Shown piece after piece: positions 1 to 6,171 of a stretch of 11,815 bases of DNA (positions within the stretch are counted from its first letter, which is position 1; each line of letters starts with the position of its first letter). The notes beneath the pieces are model-generated. The model did not search any database and was not told the DNA's origin. It saw only the letters and a program-made list of their open reading frames with translations. This DNA comes from a virus. A program made the position numbers and the translations under genes. The stretch lies in UHGV virus genome UHGV-0038384; one strand, given 5' to 3'.

Positions 1-49
1 CTGTCCCCAATGCTTTTAACAGCAATTAATTTCATAGGATGAAAGCTTA

Positions 50-847
50 ATGCACCAATCTGGTTCTGTTTCTCTTTGTCGTTCCGCAATATCTGTTCTG
101 GTGGCTACAGCGTTATATTCACCCATAGCATTGGCATCAACTGTTGAGTATGGTGAGACAGTTGATGGTGTTGTTCTGGAAAAAGATATCCAGCTGGTTT
201 ATGGGGCCGCCAATAATACGAAAATCAATCCTGGCGGAGAACAGCATATATAAGAATTTGGTGTAAGTAGTAATACTGAAATTAACGGGGGATATCAGTA
301 CATTGAAATAAATGGCACCGCAGAATACTCAGTATTAAATGATGGTTATCAAATTGTTCAAATGGGTGGCGCGGTAAACCAGACTACGATCAATAATGGA
401 GTGCTACAGGTTTATGGCGCGGCGACTGATCCCACGATTAAAGGAGGGCGCGGTGATGCGGCATTTACGTTGGGCAATGCCGGAAGCGTTGTTGATATCA
501 GTACGTATGAATATACCTTGCTGGATAATGGCAACCATAGCTGGAGTCTCGCAGAGAATCGCGTACAAATGCCCCCTTCAACCACGGATGTGCTGAATAT
601 GGCGGCAGCACAACCGCTGGTATTTGATGCAGAACTGGACACCGTGCGTGGGCGTCTTGGTAGCGTAAAAGGCGTTAATTACGATACGGCGATGTGGAGT
701 TCGGTAATTAACAGCCGCAACAACGTGAACACTGATGCGGGAGCTGGCTTTGAGCAAACATTGACGGGCCTGACGCTCGGTATCGACAGCCGTTTCTCCC
801 GTGAAGAAAGCAGCACAACTCAGGCGGGTGTGGTCTGGACGTTCTGA
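50..847 (+). pseudogene. Autotransporter (AIDA/Ag43-like) adhesin remnant: signal peptide, a few passenger repeats and the start of the beta-domain, interrupted by an in-frame TAA at 251-253
   Basis: ORFs 50..253 and 362..847 are in the same frame with no other stop between them. N-terminus has a signal-peptide-like segment (SAISVLVATALYSPIALA). Passenger-type repeats (LVYGAANNTKINPGGEQHI, GAVNQTTINNGVLQVYGAAT). An autochaperone/barrel-start-like motif (ELDTVRGRLGS...GAGFEQTLTGLTLGID) and an aromatic C-terminus (VVWTF). About 265 codons versus roughly 1000 for intact family members. Confidence 0.55.
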
Positions 848-915
848 TAACAGAAAATAAACAGGCCGTGATGTGTCGCGGTCTGTTTATCGAATTAAAT
901 GCAGATATAAAAAAA

Positions 916-940
916 CCAACCGCAATAGGTTGGTTTTCTT
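916..940 (+). terminator. Rho-independent terminator downstream of the autotransporter remnant
   Basis: Stem CCAACC (916-921), loop GCAATA, stem GGTTGG (928-933), then TTTTCTT. Confidence 0.5.
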
Positions 941-1145
941 GGGATTCACGAGAGTAGTTTAATTTAGCGTGTAACCGCATGATTTTAATAAATATTATTG
1001 ATTCAACTTTTAAACCGTATAACCAAACGTATAACTAAAATAATTTGCTGAAAAAATGCACAATTTAAACGGCGATTGCCCTAGCGACTTCCATGATTCT
1101 ACCTGGATTTTTTTCGCTCATTCGTTTTTAAGCTGGTGGATGTTC

Positions 1146-1171
1146 CCCGATATGGTGATCACCATATCGGG
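1146..1171. promoter_or_regulatory. Perfect 26-bp palindrome, operator-like
   Basis: CCCGATATGGTGATCACCATATCGGG equals its own reverse complement; lies in an ORF-poor region. Confidence 0.4.
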
Positions 1172-1180
1172 ATTTACGCC

Positions 1181-1310
1181 AGGTTAATGTTAACCTCTGC
1201 CCTGTTAACATTTTTACCAAAAAGGTAGTTAACATTTTTTGCTCGCAACCAGATGAATCATAAAGACAAAATCAACAACAACGCTTCATCAGGCAGTTAA
1301 CATGTTAACT
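1181..1310. promoter_or_regulatory. Cluster of GTTAAC-containing palindromic repeats, candidate operator array
   Basis: GTTAAC at 1189, 1204, 1228, 1296 and 1304. GTTAACATTTTT occurs twice (1204-1215, 1228-1239). Perfect 16-bp palindrome AGTTAACATGTTAACT at 1295-1310. Near-palindrome AGGTTAATGTTAACCT at 1181-1196. Confidence 0.35.
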
Positions 1311-1697
1311 ACTACGAAACGGTAATTTTTTCTCTGCGTGAGAGGGGGCGCGGTGTCCAGCTTATTCGTTGTTCGTGGCTAACCACTCCCCCCCCCATGC
1401 CGGATTTTTTTTCCGGTTAACTGTTAATCAGGCTGGTGGGTTTTACCTGTTCTGTAGGAGTGGTCATTATGACCATCCCTTATATCGTCCGAATGCCGGA
1501 CGAAGGCACACATCAACCGTAACGAAAATCGTTATGGTTGCCTTGATGGTCTGCGTGGTCATTATGACCATTCAGCCAATGACCTTAATCAGAATTTTTC
1601 GCTAAAAAATGACGTTGACCACGTCATCCGGAAAGCACAAAATCACGTCGATTTTTAATGGATGGTTAAACCGTCTTTATCTCGATGTCCGTACGTA

Positions 1698-1979
1698 TTA
1701 CGTACGCAGTCGTTCCGGCTTCTTCCAGTGGTACGTTATTTTCTCCTTCTCCCGATACATCTCCACGCGGCGACGGTAGGCCAGCAACTCAAGAACTCTG
1801 GTTCGTATGTTGCGCATATCCACGCCATTAAGTTCTATACCATCACGGCGCATCACCTCAGCAACAACACGCACATAATTTTCAGCGGTCACGCTGTCCG
1901 GCTGTGTGGCCTGTTCGTCATGCTGCTGGCTGATTCCGGTAACGCGGCGGATTAATCCCAGTAGTTCGGCTTCTGTCAT
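1698..1979 (-). CDS. Hypothetical 93-aa protein; first gene on the minus strand downstream of the cosB-like segment
   Basis: ATG at 1979 preceded by a G-run Shine-Dalgarno (GGGGG, about 5 nt upstream); charged, helical-looking translation; no family recognised. Confidence 0.45.
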   Translation of the reverse strand: MTEAELLGLIRRVTGISQQHDEQATQPDSVTAENYVRVVAEVMRRDGIELNGVDMRNIRTRVLELLAYRRRVEMYREKEKITYHWKKPERLRT

Positions 1980-2013
1980 TGTGCCCCCATCGCTCTGATA
2001 GTCTGGTGTCGTC

Positions 2014-2059
2014 GGGTCCTTCCTGGAATTATGGCCCGTTACGGGGCGGCGACCTCGCG
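2014..2059 (+). other. Lambda-type cos site copy A (cosQ-like plus cosN), plus orientation, without adjacent R-site repeats
   Basis: GGGTCCTTCCTGGAATTATGGCCCGTTACGGGGCGGCGACCTCGCG; contains the lambda cohesive-end 12-mer GGGCGGCGACCT at 2044-2055, followed by GGTTTTTCGCTATTTATGAGATTTT, which resembles the lambda left-end sequence as I recall it. Confidence 0.6.
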
Positions 2060-2410
2060 GTTTTTCGCTATTTATGAGATTTTTTGAGGGGGTGGTTGTT
2101 GTTTAATTGTTTGGTATATCTAATTGATAAGTAAGGTAAAAATAAAATAAATACAACAACCTTACGATGTATTTTGATGTCATTAATGTGAAAAAATTCA
2201 ATGATATCAAATGGTTTTGTAAAAACACATGGTTGTTGTATCGCGTATTTGATGGCGTAACAGAAAGTGATTTTTAACTTTACCGCTCTGTAACTACGGA
2301 TTATTCCATGCTGGCACGGAGAACGGCTACGGCATGACGCCACCCAGCCTATACAGAACAGTAAAGCCGATAAATTGTTAATCACGCGCAGCAATGCGTG
2401 TGATTTTTGC

Positions 2411-2563
2411 ACACTTCCGGTTAACGGGTACGATGTCCGGTTTTAGTGTCTGTTTTTTGCGCATGTCCGGTTCATAGAAAGCATGTTTTTATATTTTTCA
2501 TATGGTTAACTTGCAGAGAAACCGGACATGGATCCCGGAAAATTTTCATAAATAGTGAAAACG
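2411..2563 (-). promoter_or_regulatory. cosB-like segment with three ATGTCCGGTT repeats (candidate small-terminase binding sites) and AT-rich spacers
   Basis: ATGTCCGGTT at 2433-2442 and 2463-2472; its reverse complement at 2520-2529. Minus strand 2563 to 2535 reads CGTTTTCACTATTTATGAAAATTTTCCGG. The arrangement relative to cos copy B resembles lambda R3-I1-R2-R1. Confidence 0.45.
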
Positions 2564-2609
2564 CGCGAGGTCGCCGCCCCGTAACGGGTCCATATGCCGG
2601 AAAGGACCC
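2564..2609 (-). other. Lambda-type cos site copy B (cosQ-like plus cosN), minus orientation, contiguous with the cosB-like segment
   Basis: Reverse complement reads GGGTCCTTTCCGGCATATGGACCCGTTACGGGGCGGCGACCTCGCG. The 25 bp at 2564-2588 are an exact inverted copy of 2035-2059. The cohesive-end 12-mer complement is at 2568-2579. Confidence 0.65.
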
Positions 2610-2611
2610 GT

Positions 2612-2635
2612 AAAAAAAAGCCGGATTTCTCCGGC
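2612..2635 (-). terminator. Rho-independent terminator ending the capsid operon
   Basis: On the minus strand: stem GCCGGA, loop GAAA, stem TCCGGC, then T8; lies just after the stop of the 137-aa gene. Confidence 0.6.
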
Positions 2636-2641
2636 CTTGTC

Positions 2642-3055
2642 TCAGATGGTTTTCAGTATGTGATCGATGTCGCCGTCATCGCCCTGGTTTCTGCCATCGT
2701 ATGCCATGCCAGCTGATACGGCTTGCGGGCTGTGCATGTCCATAAAGTTTTCAAAGGCTGCGGTAAGCTCTGGTGCAACCTTTGGGCGCTCCTGCTCTAT
2801 GGTCATGTTCAGGATTTCACGAGCATTATCGACGCTAATACATGGCACGTTTGCCATTGCACGTAACAGCGGCTGATAGTCGTTATGTTCATGAAGCGCC
2901 ATAATCGCATCAGCGCGCGGCTTGTCCTGTTCTTCCAGTTTGTTGAGTTGATATACGGCCTCGTAGGTTGATAACCCTCTGTCAGCCATTGCCCGCGCTT
3001 CGGCTTTAAATTTACTCGCCAGCGGTAGCGCCATGATGCTTTCATTCGTTGCCAT
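2642..3055 (-). CDS. Hypothetical 137-aa acidic protein, last gene of the capsid operon next to cos
   Basis: ATG at 3055 with an AGGGGGA Shine-Dalgarno 5-6 nt upstream; starts 12 nt after the D-like stop; no family recognised. Confidence 0.5.
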   Translation of the reverse strand: MATNESIMALPLASKFKAEARAMADRGLSTYEAVYQLNKLEEQDKPRADAIMALHEHNDYQPLLRAMANVPCISVDNAREILNMTIEQERPKVAPELTAAFENFMDMHSPQAVSAGMAYDGRNQGDDGDIDHILKTI

Positions 3056-3067
3056 CGTTCCCCCTGC

Positions 3068-3403
3068 TTATCGGGCCAGCGGCTGAACGGATACGCCAGA
3101 ACCCGCAAAGGCGGCGCATTTTTTCGCATCGGTGTCGACGCTCTCAGGCCAGTTAACGGCGGCGATATTGAATATCCCCGTCTTATAGCACTGTGCTGAT
3201 TTCTGCGTCGACGTGTCAACGGGGTACGAGGTCAGATAAACAGCCTTGCCAGATTCCTGACCATCCCACGGCTTAAACTCGCCATTGTCCGCCAGCATCA
3301 GCGGGGTAAATTCCTGAATAACGCCAGCATCAGCGGCAAAATGTACCAGCGTCGTTGATACCTGCTGACTGCCTGCAAATAACTCAATGTATGGAGTGTT
3401 CAT
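3068..3403 (-). CDS. Head decoration protein, lambda gpD family
   Basis: Motifs TPLMLADNG...WDG, YKTGIFNIAAVNWPES and KKCAAFAGSGVSV align with my recollection of lambda gpD (TPLMLD...WDG, YKSGTFRYEDVLWPEA, KKRTAFAGTAISIV). ATG at 3403 has a GGTGGA Shine-Dalgarno; an alternative GTG start lies at 3412. Confidence 0.75.
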   Translation of the reverse strand: MNTPYIELFAGSQQVSTTLVHFAADAGVIQEFTPLMLADNGEFKPWDGQESGKAVYLTSYPVDTSTQKSAQCYKTGIFNIAAVNWPESVDTDAKKCAAFAGSGVSVQPLAR

Positions 3404-3414
3404 AGAATCCACCG

Positions 3415-4470
3415 TTAACCAATTTTGACGGTAACAAATTTGCGAATATCTGCCGGAACAGGCTGCGGTGCGCTGTGTGTCTGCACGTACTCAATCGCCG
3501 GATCGCCGTCTTCAATCCAGTTTTTCGGGTAAAACATGTTTTGCGTTGCGCCCGTTCTTACCGCTTCCTGTTCCATAATCGCACCATAGGCCACCAGCCC
3601 TTTATTGTTGGTGTTGCCCAGGACCAGCAAATCAGGCTCAAGGAAATATTTTTCTGTGCCGTCGCTGTCAGTGTATTTGCCGGAATAGACGATAAGGGCC
3701 AGATCACCAAGATAGCCTTTAAAGCTCACCACTTCTCCCAGGTTTTTACATGCCAGCTCTGCGGCGGATTCTGAACCACGGGAGAGATCGTACAGTTCAC
3801 GGAATTTTTTAAAGCTGCGTAACATGCGCCATACATCAACGCCCATAATCATGACGTTTGCGGGGCAACCTGCCTGATCTGCGTATAGCTCAATGTCATA
3901 GATTGGGTCGTGTATGTCTTTGTCCTGCTCTGACCATTTTTTACCGTCGGCCTGCTCTATGATGTTTTTTTCCGGTATCTTCCAGTCGATTTCATAGCGC
4001 TCTATGCCTTCGCCCTCAATGATGTTTTTTCCGGTCGTTACCGCATTTACCGCCAGCCATTCCACGCGCGCTTTAATGGCGTTTATCTGGCGGCGCATGT
4101 TGCCAGTAATCAGGCGCATACGGCGGTAGGTAGGGTCGTTAAGCTGTGCTGGATCTTCTCCAGCCATGCGCATTATTGTTTTTAATGGATCGATTTCGTG
4201 TTTTGGCTTCATGTAGCCAGGGCGAATAATGCTTGTTTCGTACCCTTTATCGCGCTGAACCTGGCTACCCACCATAGGCGAACAAAACGCCGACATAGTG
4301 ACTTCTTCAATATCCAGGTTATCTAACATGATGTCCTGTGTGTTGAATGTCGCCACGTTCGGGAAAAACAGCGCGGTAAACAGCGGACTGAATTTAAATT
4401 CCGCAATATCCTCGCGATTCAGGTACGCAAAAAGCTGGTTAGTGTTAAGTGATATTGCTTTTACTGTCAT
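3415..4470 (-). CDS. Major capsid protein, lambda gpE family
   Basis: 351 aa. FKFSPLFTALFF, PGYMKPKHEIDP, WSEQDKDIHDPIYDIELYA and YPKNWIEDGDPA match lambda gpE as I recall it (FKFDPLFLRLFF, PGYVKPKHEVNP, WSKRDKSTYDPTDDIEAYA, YPKNWVTTGDPA). Start overlaps the upstream stop as TAATG. Confidence 0.85.
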   Translation of the reverse strand: MTVKAISLNTNQLFAYLNREDIAEFKFSPLFTALFFPNVATFNTQDIMLDNLDIEEVTMSAFCSPMVGSQVQRDKGYETSIIRPGYMKPKHEIDPLKTIMRMAGEDPAQLNDPTYRRMRLITGNMRRQINAIKARVEWLAVNAVTTGKNIIEGEGIERYEIDWKIPEKNIIEQADGKKWSEQDKDIHDPIYDIELYADQAGCPANVMIMGVDVWRMLRSFKKFRELYDLSRGSESAAELACKNLGEVVSFKGYLGDLALIVYSGKYTDSDGTEKYFLEPDLLVLGNTNNKGLVAYGAIMEQEAVRTGATQNMFYPKNWIEDGDPAIEYVQTHSAPQPVPADIRKFVTVKIG

Positions 4471-4676
4471 TATTCACCCCCGTGAACCTGATTCATACCC
4501 AGCGCCGCGCGTAAATAGGCGCGTACCTGCCAGCCTGTTGACGGCTCAACCATCGCCAGCGGATCAAGTCCTGCCGCAATGCCTGCTTTTACGTTCTGCT
4601 GGTGGCGTTCCTTGAGCGCCTTCACGATGTCGGGGCTTATGTACACCGAAACACCGCCTTTTTTCTCTTCAGCCAT
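4470..4676 (-). CDS. Hypothetical 68-aa protein translationally coupled to the E-like capsid gene
   Basis: ATG at 4676 with an AGAGGAA Shine-Dalgarno; its stop overlaps the E-like start (TAATG at 4468-4472); no family recognised. Confidence 0.5.
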   Translation of the reverse strand: MAEEKKGGVSVYISPDIVKALKERHQQNVKAGIAAGLDPLAMVEPSTGWQVRAYLRAALGMNQVHGGE

Positions 4677-4733
4677 AGTAAGAAATTCCTCTTTGACTTA
4701 AAAAATCATAACTGGATGTTCATCCAGATCTGA

Positions 4734-4760
4734 TTATAATCATGATTGCATTTTATGCAA
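4734..4760 (-). promoter_or_regulatory. Sigma70-like promoter for the capsid operon, with overlapping palindromes
   Basis: On the minus strand: -35 TTGCAT (4760-4755), 15-nt spacer, -10 TATAAT (4739-4734). Palindrome TTGCATTTTATGCAA (4747-4761) overlaps the -35; inverted repeat CTGGATGTTCATCCAG (4712-4727) lies between the -10 and the start codon. Confidence 0.4.
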
Positions 4761-4843
4761 TGATGTTGAGTTGTGTTGCAAATTATGAAATGATAATCCC
4801 GATCATGTGTGTCAGTGCGCCAAAAAAAACCTCATATGCAAAA

Positions 4844-4882
4844 GCCCGATAAGATGCCTCCTGTACTTATCGGGCTTTTTTT
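4844..4882 (+). terminator. Plus-strand rho-independent terminator
   Basis: Stem GCCCGATAAG (4844-4853), 12-nt loop, stem CTTATCGGGC (4866-4875), then T7. Confidence 0.5.
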
Positions 4883-4886
4883 GGGT

Positions 4887-4910
4887 ACAAAAAAGCCGGA
4901 TTACTCCGGC
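4887..4910 (-). terminator. Minus-strand rho-independent terminator after the perC-like gene
   Basis: On the minus strand: stem GCCGGA, loop GTAA, stem TCCGGC, then TTTTTTGT; lies 7 nt after the perC-like stop. Confidence 0.55.
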
Positions 4911-4916
4911 TGTTGA

Positions 4917-5189
4917 TTAGCTGCCTGGGTAATTACGCCATATTTCATCGCTTACACCATCTATACCCATTTCAGCATAAGTGCGATCGACTGCCTTTCT
5001 CAGGTCTCCGAAGTTATCCGGCGGCTCCGGTGGCCTCTGTGCCTTCCTGGAACATTCCAGCCGTCGCATCGTAACCTGATGCCGTTCCTTGTCTGTCTCC
5101 ACCAGCTGCATGACTTCACCCCATCGTGCCGCCGCCCTCCGGTAAAAGCCTTTTGCCTCGAGTTCCTCCGCTATGCGGTCATGTACCAT
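4917..5189 (-). CDS. PerC/Pch-family transcriptional regulator-like protein (90 aa)
   Basis: MVHDRIAEELEAKGFYRRAAARWGEVM resembles the PerC-family signature as I recall it (leucine-rich helix, then WRRAA.RW). Start chosen at the first ATG after the ssb stop (5189), with a GGGGGTGAGG Shine-Dalgarno; the track's longer ORF overlaps ssb. Confidence 0.55.
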   Translation of the reverse strand: MVHDRIAEELEAKGFYRRAAARWGEVMQLVETDKERHQVTMRRLECSRKAQRPPEPPDNFGDLRKAVDRTYAEMGIDGVSDEIWRNYPGS

Positions 5190-5199
5190 CCTCACCCCC

Positions 5200-5610
5200 T
5201 CAGAACGGAATATCATCACCGTAAGGGTCATCGCCTCCCGCTGGTGGCTGATTACCCTGTGTGCCTGTGGTTTTGCGTCTGTTCCCGCCAGGACGTGCCG
5301 CACGGGCACTGATTACGCTGTCTGCAATAACCTGATAACCCTGCCGCGTTTCCCCGTTCTGTCCGGTCCACTGGCTGACCTGCATCGTGCCGGATACGCT
5401 GGCAACGTCGCCTTTTTGATGTTTAGCCAGGAAGTCGGCCTGCTTACCAAATGCCATCACCGATAGCCATAACGTAGCCTGCCCATCCTGCGCCTGACTA
5501 CATGGCAACGATACCGCCATACGTGCCAGCGTCATTGGTGTGCCCTTGCTGGTCTGTTTTACCTGCGGGTCGTCCACCAGCCGCCCGTAAGCCGCTATCT
5601 GTGCTGTCAT
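5200..5610 (-). CDS. ssb: Single-stranded DNA-binding protein
   Basis: 136 aa with an OB-fold-like N-terminus, a Gly/Pro/Gln-rich linker and the canonical acidic C-terminal tail DDIPF; start overlaps the upstream stop (ATGA). Confidence 0.85.
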   Translation of the reverse strand: MTAQIAAYGRLVDDPQVKQTSKGTPMTLARMAVSLPCSQAQDGQATLWLSVMAFGKQADFLAKHQKGDVASVSGTMQVSQWTGQNGETRQGYQVIADSVISARAARPGGNRRKTTGTQGNQPPAGGDDPYGDDIPF

Positions 5611-5885
5611 GCTGTCTGCTCTCCGGTTTTAACGTTGATGGTTGTTACCTGTTCCGCTTCTGCAATCTCCCGCTCTGTCAGCGTGGCAAAGTTTGCCGCC
5701 GCCGTGGTCATGAATGCGCTTATTAGTTCGGGATGTGCTTTCGAGTATCCTTCTCCCGCTGTGATGTCTATCACCTTTATAGCCACCTTTAAGGCGTGCT
5801 CTGTCATCTCCAGCGCTTTATATCTTGGTGCTGTTCTGTCTTTGCGTTTTTTGAGTGATTTGTTAAATCTTCCTGATGTGTGCAT
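5607..5885 (-). CDS. Hypothetical 92-aa protein translationally coupled to ssb
   Basis: ORF with ATGA overlap onto ssb; basic N-terminus (KSLKKRKDR); start codon uncertain (ATG at 5885 or at 5807); no family recognised. Confidence 0.45.
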   Translation of the reverse strand: MHTSGRFNKSLKKRKDRTAPRYKALEMTEHALKVAIKVIDITAGEGYSKAHPELISAFMTTAAANFATLTEREIAEAEQVTTINVKTGEQTA

Positions 5886-5930
5886 TTTTATTTTTACTCT
5901 CGTGTTTAAAAAGTTTTAGGTTGTGGTGCA

Positions 5931-6160
5931 CCTCCTCTACCTCTCTACCTAATCATCTTTCATGTCAGTAATGGCGCGGCTTTCAGATGGGTAGAGGGCT
6001 TTCGTGGCCCTCTACCCATCCTCTACCCGCCCCTCACAAACGATCTTAATCATGGTAGAAGAGGTAGAGAGGTTTTATTAGCCTTCTACCTAGCCCTCTA
6101 CCCACTTATCATGTTGAATAATATGCGTTTATTTCATTCAGGTGGATGGGGTAGAGGACT
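5931..6160. repeat. Iteron cluster (GGTAGAGG / CCTCTACC core), putative replication origin
   Basis: About ten copies in both orientations: 5935-5941, 5943-5949, 5989-5999, 6007-6017, 6021-6029, 6054-6060, 6063-6072, 6082-6090, 6094-6103, 6148-6157. Includes an inverted pair GGGTAGAGGGC-N7-GCCCTCTACCC (5989-6017). AT-rich flanks; sits immediately 3' of the primase-helicase gene. Confidence 0.6.
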
Positions 6161-6171
6161 TTTACAAAAAA

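Noticed and set aside
1369-1605. 78-aa plus-strand ORF with a TTG start
   Set aside because: Runs through the C9 tract and palindromes; the translation is not protein-like and there is no ribosome-binding site.
850-1700. Search for a tRNA gene or att core marking the island end
   Set aside because: No cloverleaf-like segment with a conserved T-loop was recognisable by eye; the integrase-proximal att is outside the window, so no direct-repeat comparison is possible.
2068-2412. 114-aa minus-strand ORF inside the cos region
   Set aside because: Lies in AT-rich DNA between the two cos copies, overlaps the cosB-like repeats, and its translation is low-complexity and non-protein-like.
2809-3774. 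Alternative-frame and antisense ORFs over the D-like and E-like genes (2809..3219 minus, 2667..2876 plus, 3475..3774 plus)
   Set aside because: They overlap genes with strong family-level similarity; their translations are Arg/Trp-rich artefacts.
5931-6160. Possible CRISPR array, given the short repeats
   Set aside because: Repeat units are only 8-11 bp, occur in both orientations with irregular spacing, and sit next to a replication initiator gene; this is an iteron field, not repeat-spacer architecture.
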